Source of the DNA: Squalus acanthias
Taxonomy: Eukaryota
Direction: 5' to 3'
Length of the DNA stretch: 64,000 nucleotides
Assembly: GCA_030390025.1 (NCBI GenBank)
Contig: CM059446.1
Span: 15,190,001 to 15,254,000 of the forward strand
Below are positions 26,467 through 37,279 of the stretch, piece by piece. A program made the position numbers and the translations under genes. The notes under the pieces were generated by a model that saw only the letters and a list, made by a program, of their open reading frames with translations, made no database searches and had not been told where the DNA came from. Position 1 is the stretch's first letter. Each line of letters starts with the position of its first letter.

Positions 26467-27272
26467 GTAGGCCTGAAAATCTTGGTAGGATATAATGCAA
26501 GTGCTGTGGAAGAAATTAGTGCTGAAGCTTTCATTTACTTCTCTATTGAAGTGTAATAAATTGTTCTCGTACAGTTTTCTTAATAGGACAGTCATTGGCT
26601 GGTTCTGGTTATATGTACATACCTACATTTGCGTGTTTGCAGTGTATGATCTTTCTGTAGCGTTTTTTTTTCATTTTTCACAGTTTTCACTTCTTGGATC
26701 TTGGTTCATTACAATTCCTGTTTTTATTATTTATTTCATTGGGCCACAGACAGTAGATTGTTTTTGAACCTTGCTTACTCACTTGGTATGCTGGGACATA
26801 GAAATCAGGATTAAATCTCAATTTCCATCTTAAAATACCAAATAGAATACCAATCCGTTATTTGATATTGGCAGGAGTAATATTTTTGTTTCCTGCACGC
26901 TGATGTATAATGGAATTCTTTTGCCCACTATGTGTATGTGTGTCTCCACAAAAGTCAAGTGCCTGCCTCAAGACAGGATGATGTATACCTTCTCTTTTGT
27001 TATGCATCAGCCAGCTGGTCCAAAAAAGAATGTGCAAATATAAATTTGGCAAGTAGCCAGATATGCTTATTACATTTTTATCTTTGTCATAAGTGTTACT
27101 GAAACAAAGTTACAAATCTCAAAAACCTTGTTTGTAAACTATCTGCTGTATTTTGTGGTCAAAATGTTACATGTTTTGAATGTTTTCTTTTGCACTCTTT
27201 TTCTTCTTTGTGACCATTACAAGCATCTTATTTTTACTTTCTTCCTTGTTTCTTCTCCGTTCTCCCTTGTAG

Positions 27273-27275
27273 AAG
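27273..27275 (+). CDS. vcl: candidate 3-nt alternative microexon (AAG, Lys) in vcl intron 6
   Basis: about 45-nt polypyrimidine tract, then tgtag|AAG|gtaagc; sits in a phase-0 intron so inclusion keeps the frame; no transcript evidence. Confidence 0.55.
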
Positions 27276-28114
27276 GTAAGCTCACTTTTGTTTTTCTCCG
27301 TTTTTCTGCTGAAGCATGTCCTGAACAAATGCTGTTTACCGCCTTGGTGTGTGATGCAGTTTGCTTCAAATAACGTTATGGCTAGCACATGCTGAACACT
27401 GTTCGTAAAATTCAACTTGCCGTTAGGTCACCTGTCTGGGGCTTTTTAACCACAAATCTCCCATGATTTGAACATGCCTCTTAGAGCTTTGAGAATAGAA
27501 CAGATTATAACATGATCTCTAAAATGACTTCGAATAAAGTTCTTTTCCAGCAAAAGTCAGGGTGAGGCGTAGCTGGAGGGGGAAGAAAGCTTGTTCATAA
27601 CCTCCACTAGGATCAGACATAAATTTCAATATCATAAACTATTTTCAGGACTTAAACAGAATAACATTTATCAAGAATCAGCTCTCCTGACTGGTTGGTG
27701 ACGTGCACAACCTGGTGTGGTATTGAGCCACATTGGACCAGTAAGGTCTTCAGTCTGTGATGAGCTTGTTGATCTAAGCTAGGGTTGCTTTATAGGTGCT
27801 GCAGTTGGTATTGGCTTCCCAAGCTTGTTGGGAGGAAAATTACACAACGTTCCTGCTCTTGGTCAAGTGACGACTCCTGGAAATGTGCTTATGTCCATGT
27901 CTGGTGAGAACAGGACTGGATTGTACTTTGGTGTGACACCTCCTACTGTTGGCCAGTGGGAGCAAGCAGGCTGTTCAAGCATGCACATGGAGAATGGTCT
28001 CTTCAGTGATTGAATACTGTTGATGCCAAAAAGATACCTTGGTATGGTTCGCACCTTAAACAGAGAAGGTGAGGGGGGGAGAAGTGGTCCCTCATAGTAA
28101 ACTTAAAGGCAGAG

Positions 28115-28672
28115 TTTTTTTTTTATTCGTTCATGGGATGTGGGCGTCGCTGGCAAGGCCAGCATTTATTGCCCATCCCTACTTGCCCTTGAGAAGGGGG
28201 TGGTGAGTCGCCGCCTTGAACCGTTGCTGTCCGTGTGGTGAAGGTACTCCCACAGTGCTGTTAGGGAGGGAGTTCCAGGATTTTGACCCAGCGATGATAA
28301 AGGAACGGCCGATATACTTCCAAGTCAGGATTGTGTGTGACTTGGAGGGGAACTTGGAGATGGTGATGTTCCCATGCGCCTGCTGCCCTTGTCCTTCTAG
28401 GTGGAAGAGGTTGCGGGTTTGGGAGGTGCTGCTGAAAGAGCCTTGGCGAGTTGCTGCAGTGCATCTTGTAGATGGTACACATTGCAGCCACGGTACGCTG
28501 GTGGTGGAGGGAGTGAATGTTGAAGATGGTAGATGGGGTGTCAATCAAGCGGGCTGCTTTGTCCTGGATGGTGTCGAGCTTCTTCAGTCTTGTTGGAGCT
28601 GCACTCATCCAGGCAAGTGGCGAGTATTCCATCACACTCCTTACTTGTGCCTTGCAGATGATGGAAAGGCTT
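28115..28672 (-). mobile_element. non-LTR retrotransposon 3' fragment (RTE-X/CR1-group-like), poly(A) tail
   Basis: ORF 28261..28707 KAQVRSVMEYSPLAWMSAAPTRLKKLDTIQDKAARLI; T-run at the left end is the A-tail; clade uncertain. Confidence 0.8.
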
Positions 28673-29385
28673 AATGTGTGTTTGCAGTACAGTGGAAGAC
28701 CAGTCATCAGAGGCTAATTACCCTTGCTGTGTATCTGGTCAACACTATTGTATTTTTACTTCAGTATCATTTTCATAGAATCATAGAATGAAACAGCACG
28801 GAAGGAGGCCATTTGGCCCATCGTTCCTGTGCAGCGCTTTGAAAGAGCTATCCAATTAGTACCACTCCCCTGCTCTTTCCCCATAGCCCTGTAAATGTTT
28901 CCACTTCAACTATTTATCCAATTCCCTTTTGAAAGGTACTATTGAATCTGCTTCCACCATCCTTTGAGGCAGTGCATTCCAGATCATTATAACTCACTGT
29001 GAAATTTTTTTTTCCTCATGTCGCCTCTCGTTCTTTTGCCAATTACCTGAAATCTCTGTCCTCTGGTTACTGACCCTTCTGCCACTGGAAACGGTTCCTC
29101 CTTTTTTGCTTCATCAAAACTTCATGATTTTGAACACCTCTATCAAATCTCCTCTTGACCTTCACTGCTCTAAGGAGAACAACTCCAGTCTCTCCACATA
29201 ACTGAAGTCCCTAATCCCTGGTACTATTCTAGTAAATCGCCTCTGTACCCTCTCCAAAACCTTGACATCCTTCCTAAAGTATGGTGCCCAGAATTGGACA
29301 CAATACTCCAGCTGGGGCCTAACTAGTGTTTAGAAAAGTTTAGCATAACTTCCTTGTTTTTGTACCCTATGCTTCTATTTATAAA

Positions 29386-29552
29386 ATTGAGAGGTCGCAC
29401 AACACCAGGTTATAGTCCAACAGTTTTATTTGAAATCACAAGCTTTCGGAGCTATCGATTGCTCCTTCCTCAGGTGAAGTAAATTAGATACAGAATCGCC
29501 AAAGCATATATAGATAGAGAACAAAGCATGTGTACCTTACAATTGCAGACCA
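29386..29552 (-). mobile_element. Penelope-like fragment nested in CR1
   Basis: flanked by direct repeat CTATTTATAAA (29375-29385, 29553-29563); carries a hammerhead motif. Confidence 0.75.
29436..29477 (-). ncRNA. minimal type I hammerhead ribozyme motif (second family)
   Basis: - strand: TCAC-CTGAGGA-A-GGAGC aatcgata GCTCC-GAAA-GC-TT-GTGA; palindromic AGCU stem III, CUU triplet. Confidence 0.78.
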
Positions 29553-32500
29553 CTATTTATAAAGCCAAGGATCCTGTATGCCTTTTTAACAGCTTTCTCA
29601 ACTTGTCTTGCCACCTTCAAAGACTTGTGTACGTACACTCCCGGGTCTTTCTGTTCCTGCACCTTCTTTAAAATTGTACCAATTAGTTTATATTGCCTCT
29701 CCTCATTCTTCCTACCAAAATGAATCACCACACTTCTGCGTTAAATTTCATCTGCCATGTGTCTGCTCATTTCACCAGTCTGTCAATGCCTCCTGAAGTC
29801 TATTACTGTCTCTCACTGTTTACTACATTTTCGAGTTTCATGTCATATGCAAACCGTGAAATAATGCCCCATATACCCAAGACCAGGTCATTAATAGATA
29901 TCCAACACCGACTCCTGGGGACACACCACTGCACACTCCAGTCTGAAAAACAACCATACACCACTACTTCCTGCTTTCTGTCCCTTTTTAATCAAACATC
30001 AGAACTTTTATTCTCACAAAATGGTGAGGCCCTGCCAAAACATAAAATTATTTAAAAACTTGTTATTGAGACTTTATCCTAAACTTCTGTGTGATTTTTT
30101 TCTTTCCCCCCCCCATTTTACTGGATTTATTTTTGAAGATCAGCATATAGGTACTTTGCAGAATATTGAACCGTGTGTTTCTAGTCATGTGCTAAAACAC
30201 TGCATCTCCTCTAAGTTAAATGTTTCAGACTGTCGTTAAATGTGAAGCCGCCTCCCCGCCCAAAAAAAATCAACTTGCTACACAATTACCACTCAATCTG
30301 TCAAACGTTTCACTAAATTTATTGCACACCAAAACTACACAAGCATTTAGCACGACTGCAGAATATAGTGTGTGCGCGATGAAATCGCAAGTATGTATTT
30401 TAGTGCCAAAAATTCTAAAACGGATGCAATAGGCAGCTCCTTTTTAATGTCTGTGTATTGAAGACACGTGAGCGATTTCTCTTTGATCTCTGTCAATGGT
30501 CTTCAAAGAGGCAGCTGGCTTAAACTTCCAATTAACATTGTTTGAGTTTTGCCTATTAACTGAAATCATCTTAACTCATTGAATAGAATGCAAAGAGAAG
30601 TTACTAAAATTCAAAATGTTGTGGGAATAGAAGGATAATTAGACAAAACATAAAATATAATTTTAAATGTTCAGCCTTTGTCCCTCCAGTGCTCCACAAT
30701 GAGGAATACTAGCTCCAGTCCCCCACTTGCTGGTAATGCCCTTTAGGTACTACCTGTTCGGTACAATGTAAAGGGGGCGTCAGTTTCTACTTTTTTGAAA
30801 TGAAGTAGTTTTGGTAATTTTCTGAAACTCTGAAAGGTTGTTGTAATTTGATCTTTTCCATTCACAGTTAGAAATCCTGTATGCATTATTCAGAAAGTAG
30901 CCTGGATTGCGTTAGTTCAGTTGTATTTCAGGGAAGAGATCCAGCCACTGAAATGTTTCCCCCATGTGTCAATCTACACACGCCTCGAAATTCATGGACT
31001 CCTTTGTATGATTTTATGAACACTGAATACAGTCTTCTAACTGTCTCATTACTTTTTTTCTCTTGAAGCCTTCAGGTTTGAGATTTTTTTTTTAAAAGCT
31101 ATTTAGTTATCTACCCAATTGAATATTTTTTCAATATCCATTTAAACTATTAAAAAGATTGACTTTGATTCTGCACAAAGTTTAGATATGGTGACTTTTA
31201 CACATTAATGTTGACCAGATATTGGGCAGGTATTTTTGATATCCGTTGACCAGCATGCACTTCTTGTATAATTCTTTATTGCATTAAAATAATGCTAAAA
31301 TTAGTGATACCGAGTAGAGTATCGGATTGGTTTATGCTGGTGTGCCTATTGCAATTAAACTTACTGACTGCAAGTGATTAGAATTAATTGAATTTGTTTG
31401 TTTCAAGCATTATCCTGTACCATTCATTTTAATGAATTTTTAATATTGAAACTAATTATGAAACATAATTGCCATGACTCTTTCTTACTGAGGGTATTTT
31501 ACTATGAGTATTGATCACTCATCCTCGTCAATCCTGCCCCATTCCATCTGGCCTTCAGGTTATGTACAGTAATAGAAACTGTAAGTTCACTATTATTGCC
31601 TCTCATTGTACCAAATAGTCCCATGGAAATCAACAGCACTTCTTCAGCCCATCAGTGTTAAGTGTCAGATTTGGAATGGGGTAATCCATGCTCATCTAAT
31701 GTTTGTTTAAAATGGCAGCTTCTACTGCCAACAATATCAAATTAAGGCATGAGGTTCTTTTAAGCACTTGCTCTGCCAACCCAATGTTTGGATTTTAGTT
31801 GACAATTGATAAATTATGTTGTAATACTTTTTAACTTGGTGTTCTACACCGAAGTAAGTATGTTTTGAAATGAAAGTATGTTAAAGCTACACAATTAGTG
31901 TACTTCACATCCATCTAAAAGCTCTTAATTTGTCTATTGGAAAAGAACCAGATGCTTTCCTGTGTTTTGTTGCTGCTCCACATGTTCTGCTTTAATTAAA
32001 AAGACACTGTTTGGATGAGCACTGCTTGGATGTCACAGCACAAGTTTGGTTGTGATGAATGGACTAGTGCTTACACCAGAATATTTTGCATGTTTGACCA
32101 AAGAAGGTCATGCTTGAAAAAAACAGATACCACAGAAATGTCTGGGCCTGGTTTGTTTAATAATCACAGGATGAAGTCTGTGCAAAATGCAATTTGCCTG
32201 CAAAAAAAATGAGCTACATTTCCTTTTGCAGCCAATGACACAGTGCAAAAATATGGAGAGAATCTGCCAAGAGGGCCTTCTTGGGTTGTACTTAGCCTAA
32301 GTTTGGCAAACTTTAAAACTTGTTTCAGAGAGCTCGGAAATGTAGTTTTTATGGTGTTAATTGATTATTGCCAAGTAAGTTGCTTCCCAAACTGCAAAAC
32401 CCTGAAAAAAATAATCTGGAAAACAAATTGACAAGTTAATATTTTTGGTTCATTTATGTATTTATTGATTTATTCATTTCATCATAAGATTGGTGCAGTT

Positions 32501-32779
32501 TATTCAAATTTTAATGAAATTGCTGGAAAGTTGAGGCATTGCAGAGAATATTGAGAGCTAGAATTCATGCCAGTGAATGCTGTGTACATGAACTTCAAAT
32601 TGGTACTCCACGTAATATTTCTTCAGGGTTATGGGATTCTTTTGTCTGCAGAACACCACTAAGGGGCATTAATATTATTTGATGCAATAATTTAGTGTGT
32701 CCATTGTTCAATAGCAAAATAAATACTATGTTAATATTTATATAGATGTTTCACAACTTACATTGCCAACAGTCACCAT

Positions 32780-33600
32780 AGCATAGTCCTGCAGAACATA
32801 TCTCTGAGCATTTCATGATGGAGAAAAAGAATGGCGCTGATCGGGGAGGGGGTGGGTGGGGGGCCACGATTGAAGTTTGTGGGGAGCAAGAGGCAAGAGA
32901 AGGGTATTGAGACTTTGGAAGGTGGGGGCCATGGTGATTGAGAGATTCTGGGAAAATGTTCAGGGCTCAAATTGGGAACTAACAATAATCCAGTGCTTGA
33001 GGAGTGCAGAGTGGGCACAGGGATGTACTGTTGGAGAAGATTGCTCATTGAATAGTGAATGGCTTTGGAGGAATTTTGAAATGACGTAGAGATTTTGAAA
33101 TGAGGTAGGGATTTTGAAGTTGGGGTGGGATACATGTAGCTTGACAAGAACAGGAGTGATAGGAGTGCAGGGCTTTGTGCATGAGTATGTAATAGCTTGT
33201 GGGAGCCAAAGAGGATGGGTTCAATTTTACTGATGTTGAACTGAGGAAAAATTACGCCTCCTCCACAATCTGATTTTGGACAAACAGTATAGCAACATTA
33301 TTCAAGTGGAGGTCGAGCGATGCAATTGAGTTTTGTTGGAGTATATGCAGAAATCTACCTTGTGGATGCAGCATGTTAATGATGAAGAGGGGGAATCATG
33401 GATGGAACTCTGAGGCATAGCCAAGGTGATTGTGTAAACACTGGAGGAGAGTGAGGTGTAGTGACTACGTTAGGACAGATATGAATGAAACCATAAAACA
33501 GTAATGCTGCAGAGATGCACTCCACACCCAAGAGGGTGGAATGGTCCATTCATGTACTGTTGAAAGCCTCAGAGGTGTTTTGGAGGGACAATCAGCCATA
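32780..33600 (-). mobile_element. decayed L2-like fragment
   Basis: purine-rich sequence resembling the reverse complement of the L2 copies (gattttgaaatgagg...gattttgaa); boundaries approximate. Confidence 0.45.
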
Positions 33601-34087
33601 GTCACAGCTGCAAAGGTTTATATTGGTGACTTTGACTTGGATGGTCTCACTGATTTGTCTGGAGGGGGGGTCAGAAATTGAATTGGATTATTTTGAATAA
33701 GGCGTGGTGGAAGAGATGAGTATATAGTTGGTTGGCAATTCATTGTCCAAGGACCTTCAGTTGCAGGGGAGGGTGGGGTAGAGGGGGTAGATTGGAGGTA
33801 ATATAATAGGTGGAGAGAACTGACCTGGTTGAGGATAAGATTTTTTGAGAAGGGGGTGAAAGCAGACACCTGGAAAGAAATGGGGAGAATGCTGGAGGGT
33901 ATGGTGAGATGGTCAGCAAGCATTGGCTGAGGATTGGAAGTTGAGCAGTGAGGAGCTGGGTTTGGGATAGATTCCAGGGAGTAGGAGTGGGCCTCATTGA
34001 GCTGAGGGGAGATGGCGAGAAGAGGCAGAGTATGAGTAGGATGGGGCTTGTTCTAGGTGAACTGGGGATTGCCTGACAATGCAATAA

Positions 34088-34175
34088 TCCTTCAGTACTG
34101 CACTGGAGTTTCAGCCTGAATTATGTGCTCAAGTCTCTGGAGTGGGGATTGGACCCATGGCTTTCTGACTCTGCC
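34088..34175 (-). mobile_element. 5' fragment of Deu-domain SINE
   Basis: cagtactgcactggagtttcagcct...gtgctcaagtctctggagtggg matches 22386-22445. Confidence 0.7.
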
Positions 34176-35155
34176 AAGGCTGATGGGTAAAGGAATGAAG
34201 TGGAGCAGGAAGAAGATACATGGGCATAAGAGCTCTGGTCTGGAGCAACAATATGCATATATGAATGGACTGAGGGCAACCAGTAGTTATAACATTCACA
34301 GATTAGTTCACAAGGGTGGGGAGGTTGGGGAAGCTTTGGTCTATGAAGACAACATCATCAGCTACACTTTGGAGGCAGTGTCTGGGTCGGTCTCTGCTGA
34401 ATTGAAGCTTATCTGAAGGCTGTGATTGGGCCAGCTTGGGGGATAGTCGTGAAATCGGGAACCAGGGCTTTCCAGGGAGGGTTGGAAATTTGGAATCAGT
34501 TTGACATTGCATTCTGGGACAGTTTTTTGTAGATTTTTTTAAATTACACTTAATAGTGAGATGTAATTAACTGGTAATTTACAAAGGCAATAGAAATATG
34601 TGCTTCTGTTTGCACAGTTCTATTTTAGAAAATGGAACTGGACTGTTGGATATGACACTAACCTGTTGGTTCTCAAAAGCTGCAAACTGACATGCACCCT
34701 TCATAATGTTATGACCGTCTCCTGCTGATATATTTTCCTCCTGTTGAAAGGTTATTGGAAATTAACTGATTTCTTTCCCTTGTGCATTCTCAATTGGTTC
34801 CTGGGATTTTTACAGACAAGAGAAGTGTTTTGTGAGATTTTGCCAGTAATTTCTCCATATGAAAGGCTGTTCCAGTGTGACATTTACCATAGAGGAGATT
34901 CCGCAGATGGAGCCACGTGCATTGTGCAGTGAAATATTGAAATGTTTGTGTACTGCCAGTTATGTGGAACTCTATTTGAAAGTAGATGACACTGAAGGAA
35001 AAACAAAACTGATTATTTAAAAGTAATAATAGCAGCATTTTCAAATCTTAATCTTTTCAGGAAGTGCTTGATTCCCAGTTTATTGTCTTATAATAACGGT
35101 ACGATGCAACATATTTGCATTGTGGGACTGATGTTGATTTTCCTTAAGCTCATAA

Positions 35156-35958
35156 AATTCATGAGAAGTTGTGATTGAATATAGTTGGATGATGCATTTT
35201 CAATAAGCAAAATAAAATATACAGCGAACCACGCATCTTCACACAATCTGATAGTGTTATTGTAGTATATAGTGCTGCATATAGTGGCAGAGTCTCTAAA
35301 TTAACAATAATCAGAAATTTTGTTATGGCTTTAAAAGTTTTAGTTTGACAGCAGCTGCTTTGGTTTGAGACAGTTCTTTATTACTTGTAATTATTTATAG
35401 TTTCCATAATGAAAAACACTATTTACCGCAAGACTTGCGATGCCATTACAAATGTTAGTATTCCATTCCTGAATTGTAGTCAGAAGTGATCCAAAATGTT
35501 GGAGAACATTTAAAAGGTTTACTGTTTAACTTGTAGGAGTTAGACCATGTAGTTTCTGGCCAGAAAAAAATGCTAAGTTCAAGATATGTGAATTATTGAT
35601 TTTTTTTTCTTTTAAGGATAGTGAAGACCACATTTTGTCAGATTGAATTGAGGTTTTTTTCTTCAGCTTTTGATCATTCAACTAATATTGTATTGCTAAC
35701 TGATGTCTATTTTGACAGGATACGGAAACTATGAGAAGAGCTTTAGCCATGATTGACTCAAAGATAAACCAGGCCAAAAATTGGCTAAGAGATCCTAATG
35801 CACTTCCAGGTAATAACAATTCATGAGAATTTGTGATGAATATCGTTATATGATGCATTTCCTATAAGCAAAATAGCATCCAATGCTAACCACACACCTT
35901 CACACAATCTGGTAGTGCTAATGTGGTATATAGTACTGTATATAATGGAAGAGTCTCT
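35156..35958. repeat. diverged 140-bp direct repeat pair (35156-35297 and 35818-35958) bracketing exon 7
   Basis: both read aattcatgagaa.ttgtgat...gatgcattt...ataagcaaaata...cttcacacaatctg.tagtg...agagtctct. Confidence 0.9.
35719..35809 (+). CDS. vcl: vinculin exon 7 (91 nt)
   Basis: gacag|GAT...CCAG|gtaata; [30 protein letters not shown]. Confidence 0.96.
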
Positions 35959-36114
35959 GGTGCTGAGCTAAAATACCAGGCCAAATTTCAAGCTTTTAGC
36001 TCGTCCGATATCGTAAAATGTTTTTGTGCCAAATAGTGTTCTTTTTTTACTGGTATTGTTAATGAGGATGTTGGCCATGTGTGCTAGATTTAACTGATCT
36101 GTTGTGTGTTTTAG

Positions 36115-36262
36115 GTGATGCTGGGGAGCAAGCCATCAAACAAATACTGGATGAAGCTGGCAAAGTTGGAGAACTTTGTGCAGGCAAAGAACGGAGGGAA
36201 ATTCTGGGCACTACCAAGGCTTTGGGCCAGATGACTGACCAAGTATCTGAGCTCCGAGTCAG
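36115..36262 (+). CDS. vcl: vinculin exon 8 (148 nt)
   Basis: tttag|GT...AG|gtaata; (G)[48 protein letters not shown](R). Confidence 0.97.
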
Positions 36263-36586
36263 GTAATAATTAAATATTTAAAAACTTTGCCAAATTGAAA
36301 TAATAACAAAACGATTTCAGTCCTTTCAGGAAGTGCAGCAGTATTGTTGTGACCATGAAGTTAAGATAATTGATTTAGAAGCTGCATCCTTATTAGATAA
36401 TTCGGCGTGATAATGTAATGAGCCAAGTATGTAGTTCGTAAGACAAAGAATCAATTACAATAATGAGTTGCACAGTGATTTGGCCCTGCTTGAAGCATGT
36501 AGAATAGATTTCTGTAGTGTGTGTGTATATGTGTGCAAGTAAAAGAGAGATAATGCTAATAATATTAGATATTTTTAAATGAGTAG

Positions 36587-36740
36587 AGGTCAAGGAGCCA
36601 CGCCCATTGCCATGCAAAAAGCACAGCAAGTATCCCAAGGTCTGGATATGTTAACAGCAAAGGTGGAGAATGCAGCCAGGAAGCTGGAAGATATGACCAA
36701 CTCAAAGCAGGCCATTGCTAAGAAAATTGATGCTGCTCAG
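36587..36740 (+). CDS. vcl: vinculin exon 9 (154 nt)
   Basis: gagtag|A...CAG|gtaact; [51 protein letters not shown]; acceptor has a weak pyrimidine tract. Confidence 0.95.
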
Positions 36741-37279
36741 GTAACTTTACTAAATTCTTGGAACATGTTTCATCTGACTGTTTGTCTGTACACAAATATG
36801 GATTCTTTAAAGCTAGCTGTTAGAATCTTGTATTGCCAGATTTGTAATTTGAAATTAACCAATCTACTTTTTTTGAATATGTGACTTCCCAATATTTCTA
36901 TAGATGATTTTCTCTGCTTTCCCATTTTGTTGGTATCCCCATGCTGAGCATCAGCTGTGAATCTAAGAGGAGGGACAAGTTATTCCCAAGTCTTTACCAA
37001 ACACCACTTTGAAATCAGCTACTTCTTGTAGTATTCAAATCAAGAAAAGACATGAGGTCCAGTTTGAGATCATTTTTAGTGATAACTGCCACCATGCATG
37101 CTTTAGAGCTCTGAAGGCGGGGAAATCTTGTAGGTCGACTTTTCCGCAGCTAATTCTGTGCTGCTCAAAATGTTAATAGGACATATTTTTTCTTTATTTC
37201 TTAGTATTCAGAGGAAAGAGTACATGCATTTATGAAGGCCTTGCATAGTTTTGCTACAGTACATATGGGCGAATACACA

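Larger units (their letters stand above)
28774..29990 (-). mobile_element. CR1 LINE 3' fragment interrupted by a Penelope-like insert at 29386-29552
   Basis: colinear with 4003-4978; ORF 29537..29731 VIHFGRKNEERQYKL...KAYRILGFIN. Confidence 0.9.

Noticed and set aside
35590-35650. Duplicate or mutually exclusive exon 7 (tttaag|GATAGTGAA)
   Set aside because: Similarity to exon 7 ends after about 9 nt, an in-frame TGA follows, and there is no good donor.
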